From: Spirochaetales bacterium
GTDB lineage: Bacteria > Spirochaetota > JAAYUW01
Assembly (NCBI GenBank): GCA_012797605.1
Contig: JAAZOT010000015.1
Location: forward strand, 45,569-109,568
Length of the DNA: 64,000 nucleotides
Direction: 5' to 3'
Shown here: in pieces, positions 39,434-48,315 of the stretch
How positions within the stretch are numbered: the stretch's first letter is position 1
Layout of the letters: the number at the start of each line of letters is the position of its first letter
Notes under the pieces: model-generated
What the model saw: only the letters and a program-made list of their open reading frames with translations
Databases searched by the model: none
What the model was told of the DNA's origin: nothing
Translations under genes and position numbers: made by a program

Positions 39434-40303
39434 TTATCTATTAAAAATTGGTTTTATGATTTCTTCCATCTTTTGAACATTATTTTTATTAGAAAAAATA
39501 TCCTTAATTAATAAAAATATTTCGTTTTTGATTTTTTCGATATCTTTGCCAATTTTATTTTTGTTTTCATCTTGAAGAATATCGACAAATTCATTATAGG
39601 CTTTTAATAAACCATTTGAGAAGAGGCAGTTGTATCTTAATCCTATTTGATTTAAATAATGAGCATCAGAGTTTGTAATCAATGTGAAATCTATTTTGCT
39701 TTTCTTGAAATTATTATAATCCTTTGAATTTGATACTTCTGCGTAAGTAAAAAGATGATTTTCTGGAATAAAACCTAATTGAGAAATTATAGAGTAGGAA
39801 GAATCAGTAATATGTGCTGGGAAAAAAATTAGATTATCCATCGATGCTTTTTTTTCAAGCTCCTCAAAGGATACTGGTAGAGAAACGGAATATAAAAAGT
39901 CGGGAAGATCCAGTATATTTTCATCTTCATCAACAATCGGTTCATCACCGAAAAGTTCAGGATTTAATTTAATTTTAGGAATTATTTTATCAATCCAATT
40001 TTGCCATGTTTGAGCTATTTCAAGATTTGGGAAAACTACCACTACATGGATCTCTTCTTCAGTTTGGATTTCACATGCTGGAAAAATGCAAATGCCATTA
40101 ACCATACCATAACTTATAAATGAAAAACTGTTTTTAATTGAATTGTGATCTGAAATTGCTGCTATTTTGATATCATTGTCTTTCAATGCAGTAATAACAT
40201 TTTTAGGACTCATTTCAAGACTACCACAAGCCGAGTGACAAGAGTGAATATGAAAATCAAGTTTAAGACAATCGAAATTATTATTAATAGTTTTTTCAAT
40301 CAT
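39434..40303 (-). CDS. PHP domain protein (metal-dependent phosphoesterase)
   Basis: 289 aa. N-terminal LDFHIHSCHS and ISDHN match PHP-domain His clusters. Confidence 0.6.
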   Translation of the reverse strand: MIEKTINNNFDCLKLDFHIHSCHSACGSLEMSPKNVITALKDNDIKIAAISDHNSIKNSFSFISYGMVNGICIFPACEIQTEEEIHVVVVFPNLEIAQTWQNWIDKIIPKIKLNPELFGDEPIVDEDENILDLPDFLYSVSLPVSFEELEKKASMDNLIFFPAHITDSSYSIISQLGFIPENHLFTYAEVSNSKDYNNFKKSKIDFTLITNSDAHYLNQIGLRYNCLFSNGLLKAYNEFVDILQDENKNKIGKDIEKIKNEIFLLIKDIFSNKNNVQKMEEIIKPIFNR

Positions 40304-40311
40304 TAAAAATA

Positions 40312-41952
40312 TTACTTTTTTCTTAAAAATTTGGGGAATATTAAAATCTTTGTAAGGAATTTTACTATAGAAAATTTGGAGAATAATATTGATAAAATAG
40401 CTGTTAAAAGGACAAAAGCTCCTAGATATTTATACACTTTTATCCATATCCAACCAAATTTTACATAGAATGTTTTCCCATTATAAATGGATAATGGATA
40501 ACTGATAAGGTTTTCTTCTCCTTGGTGCATCTTCCTAACAATGTTTCCTCTTTGGTCTATAATAGCTGAAATACCTGTTGTTGCAGATCTGTAAACCATT
40601 TTTTTTGTTTCAACGGCCCGTAAAACGCTATGATAAAGATGCTGTTCATGTTCAAAGGTATCATCATACCAAGAATCATTAACAATATTTATCAAAAATG
40701 AAGGGTTTTTTTCAGCCATGAGTCTTATATTGTTTGTAAATACCATTTCAAAGCAGATTGTTGGATAAAAACTATAAGGCTTATCTTTTTTATCCGTAAT
40801 AATGAAAGGAGAACCAAGGGTTCCGAAGGTCTGATCTATACCAGCTTCAGGAATAAGTGCTCTCAGAAATTTTATCTTATTTGCAAATGGGATAAATTCA
40901 CCAAAAGGTACCAATTGAATCTTATGATATATATGATACTCGCCTTCTTTTGTAAAGTAAAATGCACTATTGAATGATGAAATACTATCTTTGTAAATTT
41001 CTAAATCTGGAGTCCCTAATACAATGCCAAGCTTTGAGTTTTTAGATATTTTTTTAAATTGCTCTAGAAGTTCACGCTTGTTTTTTAAGTAAGTAGGGAT
41101 AGCAGATTCTGGCCATATAACGAGATCTGCATCTTGAATTGCTGCAAATGAAGACATTTTTGAAATTCTACTTACAGCAAGATCGAAAAATTCATGTCTA
41201 TACTTGAAATTTAAAGGAATATTTGGTTGGCCTACAAAGATATTTAATTCGGTCTTTTCAATTTTAGAATCGTAAGGGTTAAAAAGATACCAACTAAAGT
41301 TAAAAGTAAAAATCAAAATTAAAATAACAATATAAATAATTATATGTTTTTGTCTGCTTATGACAGTTGAAATGCTTACCTTTTTTTGTAGATATATTAT
41401 TATAGCATTTTTAATTATTTTGTATAAAAGATAATTTATTAAATATACTTCGAATGAAATAAAATATGTACCAAAAATCGAAGCTACAGATATAAAAGCA
41501 GGATAAATTGCAGTAGGTAATGATGCTGTTATCCATGGAAAACCAAGATATTTATTTTCAAGTATCATTTCAAAGAGAATTTGAGACAAGATAAAAATAA
41601 AAGGTAGATCATCCAATTGAAAGAATTTATAGATGCCTCTTTTAAAAATACCAAAAAAGAGATATGCTCCTGTTGCAAGTGCAAAGATTAAGGCAAGATA
41701 GGTTAAATAGGAAAATCTCACATTTATAGAAATCTTATTAATAAAAAACAAAGTTACACCATAGAAAGCTAAAAAATACAGATAAATTTGTGCTGCTGAA
41801 ATCTTTTTTTCATTTAAATAATAAAAAAGAGGAATAAAAGCTGCAAATATAAGAAAATTAACTCCAATAAAAAGAAATGAGATTGATGCACAGACCAAAG
41901 ATATAAGTATAAGGAAATTTTTTTGAAATATTTCTAAAAGTTTTTTATTCAT
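40312..41952 (-). CDS. lnt: apolipoprotein N-acyltransferase
   Basis: 546 aa. N-terminal multi-TM region, then a CN-hydrolase domain (LVIWPESAIP, catalytic Cys in PTICFEMVF) and a C-terminal TM helix. Confidence 0.85.
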   Translation of the reverse strand: MNKKLLEIFQKNFLILISLVCASISFLFIGVNFLIFAAFIPLFYYLNEKKISAAQIYLYFLAFYGVTLFFINKISINVRFSYLTYLALIFALATGAYLFFGIFKRGIYKFFQLDDLPFIFILSQILFEMILENKYLGFPWITASLPTAIYPAFISVASIFGTYFISFEVYLINYLLYKIIKNAIIIYLQKKVSISTVISRQKHIIIYIVILILIFTFNFSWYLFNPYDSKIEKTELNIFVGQPNIPLNFKYRHEFFDLAVSRISKMSSFAAIQDADLVIWPESAIPTYLKNKRELLEQFKKISKNSKLGIVLGTPDLEIYKDSISSFNSAFYFTKEGEYHIYHKIQLVPFGEFIPFANKIKFLRALIPEAGIDQTFGTLGSPFIITDKKDKPYSFYPTICFEMVFTNNIRLMAEKNPSFLINIVNDSWYDDTFEHEQHLYHSVLRAVETKKMVYRSATTGISAIIDQRGNIVRKMHQGEENLISYPLSIYNGKTFYVKFGWIWIKVYKYLGAFVLLTAILSILFSKFSIVKFLTKILIFPKFLRKK

Positions 41953-42000
41953 TTTTTTTACCTTTCATTTGGATAATTTTATCTATTCTTATAGGTTTTT

Positions 42001-42492
42001 TCAAAAATACTTTCCAAGAAATATTTTAAATGCTTTAAAAGAATATAAACCAAAAAACAAAACTAGAGAAACAATTATCGCTGCTATTAATACACCAAAA
42101 AACAAAGCAACAAAAACTTTTTTTCTTTCTAATTGTAGTATCCAAGCTCCAAGAGTGCCAGTCCAGATTCCAGTTATAGGAAGAGGAATACCAACGAAAA
42201 GAGTAAGACCAAGATACTCATATCGAGAAAATTTTTTATATATTTTATCTTTAGCATTTGCTGCAAATTTAGTGAAAATTTTATTGTATAAAGGGATTTT
42301 AAGAAGAAGCTTATTTATTGTATCTAAGAAAAAAAAGATAAAAAAAGAAACCAAAAAATTAGCTGAAACAGATATTGGGAAAGCAAGATAAAAAGGTATC
42401 TTATTAAAAAAAGCAAAAGGTAATGCTCCTCTCACCTCAGAAATAGGAAGAATTGAAAGGAAAATTAGTTTCACTAGATCTGTTAGATTCAT
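42001..42492 (-). CDS. small multidrug export protein-like membrane protein
   Basis: 163 aa, 4 TM helices. N-terminal LPISEVRGALPFAFF resembles the Sm_multidrug_ex family. The overlapping plus-strand ORF 41969..42391 is an Lys/Arg-rich artefact of A-runs. Confidence 0.6.
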   Translation of the reverse strand: MNLTDLVKLIFLSILPISEVRGALPFAFFNKIPFYLAFPISVSANFLVSFFIFFFLDTINKLLLKIPLYNKIFTKFAANAKDKIYKKFSRYEYLGLTLFVGIPLPITGIWTGTLGAWILQLERKKVFVALFFGVLIAAIIVSLVLFFGLYSFKAFKIFLGKYF

Positions 42493-42653
42493 TATCTATT
42501 CTCTTTAAGGTTTTATTCTTATTTTGTAACTAATTAAAGTCGTAATTAAGTAATATATTTTATTTTCTTTAGTCTTCAATTATGAAAAATTGTATCTATT
42601 TTTCATAATTAAAATAAATATCTAAAAGGAAATTAACAAAAAAATAAAAAAGT

Positions 42654-43238
42654 TCAAATATTCTTTGATTTTATGATTCTTTCAAGTATTTTAAAAGCAA
42701 AGCTGAAGATCTTATCACTGTATCTTCCGAATTTATTAATTTTGTAAAAAGAATCAATTGCATTTTCTACTGTAATTAGATCATCATATAATAAAAGTAA
42801 AATAGCTATCAACGAATTGTAATAAGGATGTTTTCTATGATTACATATTTTGGAAATGACTCCATCATCTGTTAAGATAGGAAAACCATAAAAAAATGAG
42901 GAATAAATTAAATATCTATCAGTCATGCTTATTTTAGAAAATTGATTTGTTGTGGTATCAGTAAAATTCGAAGGTAAAAAATTATTAAGATTGTCATCTG
43001 TAATTTTATTAACTATTTCAATATTATTGAGTAATTCTATTTCATTTAGTTGTTTATCAATATTTGAAAGAACTTCGAGTTTTATCAAATCTATAGTTTT
43101 AATTTTATAATTTTGAACTATAACAGAAAGTAAATTTATTCTATCCAAATAAATAATCGACGATGAATCTATTAAACATCCTTTATTTTTAAGATTTTTT
43201 GATAGGTCTATAAATTTAATATCTTCAAAATTTTCCAT
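42654..43238 (-). CDS. hypothetical protein (194 aa)
   Basis: Long ORF with an intergenic gap on both sides. N-terminal strand-like CLIDSSSIIYL and C-terminal ILTDDGVISKI are faintly PIN-like. No confident assignment. Confidence 0.5.
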   Translation of the reverse strand: MENFEDIKFIDLSKNLKNKGCLIDSSSIIYLDRINLLSVIVQNYKIKTIDLIKLEVLSNIDKQLNEIELLNNIEIVNKITDDNLNNFLPSNFTDTTTNQFSKISMTDRYLIYSSFFYGFPILTDDGVISKICNHRKHPYYNSLIAILLLLYDDLITVENAIDSFYKINKFGRYSDKIFSFAFKILERIIKSKNI

Positions 43239-43340
43239 TTTTGTAAGTAAAGAGAAATTTATGAAATAGAAATAGATTAATTTATTATAATTTCAATAAA
43301 AAGAACCTTGAAAATAAATTAAATTCTGTTAAAAAATTGC

Positions 43341-44600
43341 ATGAGGAATTTTAAAAATAAAATGGCAGATCTTCAAGAAAGTAAAGTATTATCGGTAAAA
43401 GAAATAACATTAAAAATAAAATCAAAACTCGAAACTGAGGAATTTTCAAATATTTCTGTAAGTGGTGAAGTCTCAAATTGTTCAATGTCTCAAAGTGGTC
43501 ATCTTTTTTTTAATTTAAAAGAAATAAATAAAGAAAATAATGATACTTATCTCTTAAAAGCAGTAATATGGAAAAGTTCAATAAAATACTTAAAAAATCA
43601 AATAAAAGATGGAGATAAAGTCGTATGTAAAGGTAGAATTAATTTATATTCTCAAGGTGGGGAGTATAGATTAATTGTTGATTCAGTTGAACTTAGTGGA
43701 GAAGGGGAGTTCTGGAAAAGATTTTTACAGCTTAAAGAAAAGCTGATGAAAGAAGGGCTTTTTGAATCTATAAGGAAAAAACCAATTCCAAAGTATCCTC
43801 AGAAAATTGGCATTATAACTTCTGAAAATGCAGCTGCATTGCAAGATATATTTAATACCATTAAAAGTAGAGCTCCTAACATAGATATATATGTTTTCCC
43901 AGTCTTGGTTCAAGGAGAAACTGCTGCAGATATGATCAAAATGGCGATAAAATTTGCAAATGAAAAATATTCTAACATTTTAGATTTGATTATTCTAGCA
44001 AGAGGTGGTGGTTCTATAGAAGATTTATGGCCATTCAATGAAGAAGTTGTAGCAAGAGCAATAGCTGAATCAAAGATTCCTATAATCAGTGGAATTGGGC
44101 ATGAAACAGATTTTACGATAGCCGATTTAGTCTCAGATTATAGAGCTCCGACACCAACTGGGGCTGCAGCTATTGTATGTCAAGGATTTTTAAGTGCCAA
44201 AGAGTTTATTTCAAAATCAGAAGAAAGACTTAAAAATAATATTTTAAGAATTTTAACTTATTATTCAGAAAAAGTATCTTTACAACAATTTGAGAAAAGA
44301 TGTAATTTGATCTTACAAAATAGGTTGGACAGCTTTAAGATGAGAATAGATTTTGATATTTCTAAGCTTCTGTCATCTTTTAATTCTAAATTTTCTGACT
44401 TTAAACAAAGATTGATATCCACAACAAAATTGCTGCAAAATTTATCTCCTTTGACAATCCTTTCTAAAGGGTATTCAATAACCAGAAAAATTGATGGTTC
44501 CTTAATAAAAAATAGTAAAGATATTTCTAATGATGAAAAAATAGAAACTATCCTTAGTAAAGGCAGATTGGTATCTCTAGTAAAAGAAATAAAAGATTAA
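43341..44600 (+). CDS. xseA: exodeoxyribonuclease VII large subunit
   Basis: 419 aa. N-terminal OB-fold, then the XseA catalytic and coiled-coil region. The true start may be the Met at 43362 (MADLQESK). Confidence 0.85.
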   Translation: MRNFKNKMADLQESKVLSVKEITLKIKSKLETEEFSNISVSGEVSNCSMSQSGHLFFNLKEINKENNDTYLLKAVIWKSSIKYLKNQIKDGDKVVCKGRINLYSQGGEYRLIVDSVELSGEGEFWKRFLQLKEKLMKEGLFESIRKKPIPKYPQKIGIITSENAAALQDIFNTIKSRAPNIDIYVFPVLVQGETAADMIKMAIKFANEKYSNILDLIILARGGGSIEDLWPFNEEVVARAIAESKIPIISGIGHETDFTIADLVSDYRAPTPTGAAAIVCQGFLSAKEFISKSEERLKNNILRILTYYSEKVSLQQFEKRCNLILQNRLDSFKMRIDFDISKLLSSFNSKFSDFKQRLISTTKLLQNLSPLTILSKGYSITRKIDGSLIKNSKDISNDEKIETILSKGRLVSLVKEIKD

Positions 44601-44617
44601 AAAATTAAAGGGAAATT

Positions 44618-45148
44618 ATGGAAAAGAAAAAATCTATAAACTATGAAAATTTTAGTTTTGAAGAAAATTTATTAAAACTTGAACAGATAGTCTCAATGAT
44701 GGAAAAGCAAGATGTAAGTTTAGATGAAGCTATTAAACTATACGAAGAAGGGTTAAATCTTTCGATTTACTTAAATAATATATTATCAAAATATGAAGGT
44801 AAAATAAAAATTTTGGATAAAAACTTTGAAGAAGGCAAATACTCTGAAAAAGATTTAGAAGAAGAGTTGAAAAAAGAAATTGAATTAGAACAGCTAAAAG
44901 ACGAAGAAGAAGAAAGGTTAGAAAATCAAAATACCATTAAAAGCAGAAAAAACGATAATGGTAAAGTTTCCAATAAGAAAAGTATGAAAATTAAATCAGA
45001 TAAAGAAGATGAAGAGAATAAAATAAAAGAAGATTATCTTGGAGATGAAAAAAAGAAAATAAAAGAAGATTCTTTAGAAAATGAAAAAAATGGTTCTTTA
45101 ATTGATAAAGATATTGAAAAAGAAAAAGATGAACAACTATTTTCTTAA
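44618..45148 (+). CDS. xseB: exodeoxyribonuclease VII small subunit with long acidic/Lys-rich C-terminal extension
   Basis: 176 aa. The first ~70 aa (FEENLLKLEQIVSMMEKQDVSLDEAIKLYEEGLNLSIYL) match XseB. The remaining ~100 aa are a low-complexity E/K/D-rich tail. Confidence 0.75.
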   Translation: MEKKKSINYENFSFEENLLKLEQIVSMMEKQDVSLDEAIKLYEEGLNLSIYLNNILSKYEGKIKILDKNFEEGKYSEKDLEEELKKEIELEQLKDEEEERLENQNTIKSRKNDNGKVSNKKSMKIKSDKEDEENKIKEDYLGDEKKKIKEDSLENEKNGSLIDKDIEKEKDEQLFS

Positions 45149-45163
45149 AATATAAAGACTTAA

Positions 45164-45763
45164 CTATTTCCTTAAAGAATAAAGACTTAAAAGAAAAAGA
45201 AGATCAGATAATCTATTTAAATAAATAATTATACAAGAATCATTTCTTATTAGTTTTTTCGTTTTTATGACTTTTCTTTCTACTTTTCTTGTCAATGCTC
45301 TTGCGTAGTTTAAATAGGCTTCTAAATCGTTTTCTCCTGGTATTATAAAAGAATTTAGTTTTCCTATTTCTCTTTCAAGTTCTTGGCATATTATTTCAAT
45401 AGCAGAAATATCTATATGACCAACTCTATCTTTACAAAACTTTTCAACATTTTTCTTCTTAACCGCAAGTTCTGACATAACAACCATTAGTTTTTTTTGG
45501 ATAATATTGATAAGAGAATCAAAATATAGAATTTCATCATTAGTAATTATATCTAGATATTCTGTAAAGCCTTTTAATTTATTTTGGGCATCTAATCTAA
45601 TATATTTCTTTTCATTTTTGAATTTAAATTTAACTATTCCTAAAAATGAAAAAAGTTCATCAACTAAGCCATATGTTTCAGGTCTAATGCTTGATTTTAA
45701 TACCTTTGTTCCATCGAATAGTCTTGTGTAACCATTATCTCCCTTTTTTGTTATTATTGACAT
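45164..45763 (-). CDS. PduO-type ATP:cob(I)alamin adenosyltransferase family protein
   Basis: 199 aa. N-terminal MSIITKKGDNGYTRLFDGTKV matches the PduO/MMAB family start (I-Y-T-K-x-G-D-x-G-x-T-x-L). Its start overlaps the murA stop by 10 nt. Confidence 0.8.
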   Translation of the reverse strand: MSIITKKGDNGYTRLFDGTKVLKSSIRPETYGLVDELFSFLGIVKFKFKNEKKYIRLDAQNKLKGFTEYLDIITNDEILYFDSLINIIQKKLMVVMSELAVKKKNVEKFCKDRVGHIDISAIEIICQELEREIGKLNSFIIPGENDLEAYLNYARALTRKVERKVIKTKKLIRNDSCIIIYLNRLSDLLFLLSLYSLRK

Positions 45764-47043
45764 TGATCATCCTCTCGAATAATATTGGCACCAATTTTAT
45801 TTAATCTTTCATCAATTCTTTCATAACCTCTATCTATCTGTCTTATATTATATATTTTAGACTCACCATCTGCAAGCATTGTGGCTATAAGTAAAGCCAT
45901 ACCGGCTCTAATATCTGGTGATGTTACAGTTACAGGGTTCATTTTGGTAGGACCAGATATAACGACCCTATGAGGGTCACATAGAACCAATTTGGCACCA
46001 CATGCAACAAGCTTATCTGTAAAAAAAAGTCTACTATCAAAAAGTTTTTCAAAAATTAATACAGTACCATTAACTTGTGTTGCCATAACAACAGTTATTG
46101 AAGTGAGGTCAGAAGGAAAACCTGGCCATATCATATCTGTAATCACTGGAATTCCTTCACCAATATCTGCATGAGCTACAAGTTCCTGATGTGATGGAAC
46201 AATAATACTGTTATGTTCAAACTTGAAATCTACGCCAAGTTTGTTATAAAACATTTTAATTATATGGTAATGTTCCGGACAAATATCTGGTATAGTGACT
46301 TCCGAATGAGTAATTGCAGCGAGTCCTATTATTGAACCAACTTCTATATGATCTGAAATAATCTTCCAGTTTCCACCTTTTAAGTTTTTTACGCCTGTGA
46401 TAGTTATCTTATTCGTACCAATTCCTTCAATTTGAGCTCCGATTGAGTTTAAAAAATTGCATAAATCTTGAACATGAGGTTCACATGCAGCATTGTAAAT
46501 TATAGAAATTCCTTCAGCACAAGCAGCAGCCAAAATGGCATTTTCAGTACCAGTAACTGAAGCTTCATCAAGATAAATGTAAGAACCTTTAAGCTTTTTA
46601 GCTTCTATCTCAAAAGAAGAATCTACTTTAACCTGTGCACCTAAGCTTGTAAGAGCTTGAAAGTGAGTATCTATTCTTCTTCTACCAATACTATCTCCCC
46701 CGGGTTTTGGTAAAACTGCTTTTCCAGTTCTAAGAAGGAGAGCAGGAGCAAATAGCATTGCTGTTCTTATAAGTCCTCCAAGTTTAGGATCTATAACCGA
46801 AGTTTTGATTTCCTTAGCTTCAATAATATATTCATGGGTAGCAGGATGCTCGACTTTTGCACCCAGCATTTTAGCTATCTCAATCATTACCTTTACATCT
46901 TCAATTTCTGGGACATTTACAAGATGTATTGGTTGATCTGTCAAAAAACATGCTGCTATAATTGGTAATGCAGCATTTTTACTTCCATTTGGGATAAAAG
47001 TCCCTTTTATTTTAGTAGGTCCTTTAACTCTAAAATATTCCAT
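45754..47043 (-). CDS. murA: UDP-N-acetylglucosamine 1-carboxyvinyltransferase
   Basis: Canonical MurA N-terminus MEYFRVKGPTKIKGTF..GSKNAALPI. The ORF track starts 9 codons upstream (47070). The ATG at 47043 is preceded by AGAGGAA, so I take it as the start. Confidence 0.9.
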   Translation of the reverse strand: MEYFRVKGPTKIKGTFIPNGSKNAALPIIAACFLTDQPIHLVNVPEIEDVKVMIEIAKMLGAKVEHPATHEYIIEAKEIKTSVIDPKLGGLIRTAMLFAPALLLRTGKAVLPKPGGDSIGRRRIDTHFQALTSLGAQVKVDSSFEIEAKKLKGSYIYLDEASVTGTENAILAAACAEGISIIYNAACEPHVQDLCNFLNSIGAQIEGIGTNKITITGVKNLKGGNWKIISDHIEVGSIIGLAAITHSEVTIPDICPEHYHIIKMFYNKLGVDFKFEHNSIIVPSHQELVAHADIGEGIPVITDMIWPGFPSDLTSITVVMATQVNGTVLIFEKLFDSRLFFTDKLVACGAKLVLCDPHRVVISGPTKMNPVTVTSPDIRAGMALLIATMLADGESKIYNIRQIDRGYERIDERLNKIGANIIREDDQCQ

Positions 47044-47178
47044 AGATTCCTCTTCTCGAAAAATATGCAAATAAAATAATTTTAATCAAGCTAATAATTT
47101 TTCAGTGATTTTGCTAAAATCAAGTTAACTTGACGAATATATTTCTTTTGATAAATAAAACGGAAATAAGGATTAATA

Positions 47179-48240
47179 ATGGATTATTATAAACTAGAAA
47201 ACTATGATTTCCCTATACCAGAAGATAGAATCAGAAGATATCCACTTAAAGATAGAGAAAGTTCTAAACTTTTGATTGTTGATAAAAAAGGCAATATAAT
47301 TTCAGACACTTATTTCAATAAGATTATCGATTATATTGACCCTGAATCGTTAGTAGTTTTTAATGATTCCAAAGTTATAAAAAGTAGAATTTTTGGAATT
47401 AGAGAGAAAAATAAAAAATTAGTAGAGATTTTAATAATAAAAAAAATAAAGACAAATTTATATTTATCTCTTGTTAAAAATCAAAAATCATTCAAAGAAG
47501 GAGAAAAAATATTTATAATAAAAAAGGAAGAAGATACATTTGACGAGATTGAATATAATCTTATAGTAGAAGGAAAAGAAAAGGAAGGCTTAGTTGTTTC
47601 TTTCAATAAAGATATTGATTTTGATACAATTGAGAGTTTTGGAAAACTTCCTATACCACCATACCTAAAAAGAGAAGCGGAAAAAATAGATGAACTTTAC
47701 TACCAAAATGTCTTTTCCAAAAAAAAAGGTTCAGTTGCTTCTCCAACTGCTGGACTTCATTTTACCGAAGATCTGATTTTAAAACTTAAAGAAAAGAACA
47801 TTGATATTACTTATATTACTCTTCATGTAGGATGGGGAACATTTGCACCAATTCGTACGGATGATGTCAGAAATCACAATATACATAAAGAGTGGTATTC
47901 TATTGATGAGGAAGCTGCGAAAAAGATAAATGAAACCAAAGCCAAAAAGAGAAAGATAATCGCCTGTGGAACAACAAGTTTAAGGACACTTGAAGGATGC
48001 TTTCAAGATCATGGAAAAATAGATAAGATTGAAGATGAGACATCCATTTTCATCTATCCAGATTTTGATTTTAAAGTTGTCGATGGATTGATAACGAATT
48101 TTCATACACCGAAATCTTCTCTTTTGCTTTTAGTTTCAGCATTTGCAGGTTATGAAAATATAAAAAAATATTATAATTATGCTATTGAAAATAACTATAT
48201 GTTTTTTTCTTATGGTGATGCTATGTTTATAGTTCCATAG
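47179..48240 (+). CDS. queA: S-adenosylmethionine:tRNA ribosyltransferase-isomerase
   Basis: 353 aa. QueA pattern (YDFPIPEDRIRRYP, SPTAGLHFT, NFHTPKSSLLLLVSAF). Confidence 0.9.
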   Translation: MDYYKLENYDFPIPEDRIRRYPLKDRESSKLLIVDKKGNIISDTYFNKIIDYIDPESLVVFNDSKVIKSRIFGIREKNKKLVEILIIKKIKTNLYLSLVKNQKSFKEGEKIFIIKKEEDTFDEIEYNLIVEGKEKEGLVVSFNKDIDFDTIESFGKLPIPPYLKREAEKIDELYYQNVFSKKKGSVASPTAGLHFTEDLILKLKEKNIDITYITLHVGWGTFAPIRTDDVRNHNIHKEWYSIDEEAAKKINETKAKKRKIIACGTTSLRTLEGCFQDHGKIDKIEDETSIFIYPDFDFKVVDGLITNFHTPKSSLLLLVSAFAGYENIKKYYNYAIENNYMFFSYGDAMFIVP

Positions 48241-48315
48241 ATATTAAAAAATAATTGTAATTATATTAATTATTGTTATATTTTAGTTGATAAAATTGAA
48301 TTAGGGGGAAATAAA

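Noticed and set aside
41969-42391. 140-aa plus-strand ORF overlapping the small multidrug-export-like gene
   Set aside because: Its product is Lys/Arg/Asn-rich from reading A-runs, with no RBS. The minus-strand frame encodes a coherent 4-TM protein with a recognisable family motif.
45150-45190. Direct repeat ATAAAGACTTAA, twice, 27 nt apart
   Set aside because: It is short, lies within the 3' coding end of the PduO-type gene, and is consistent with chance in AT-rich sequence.
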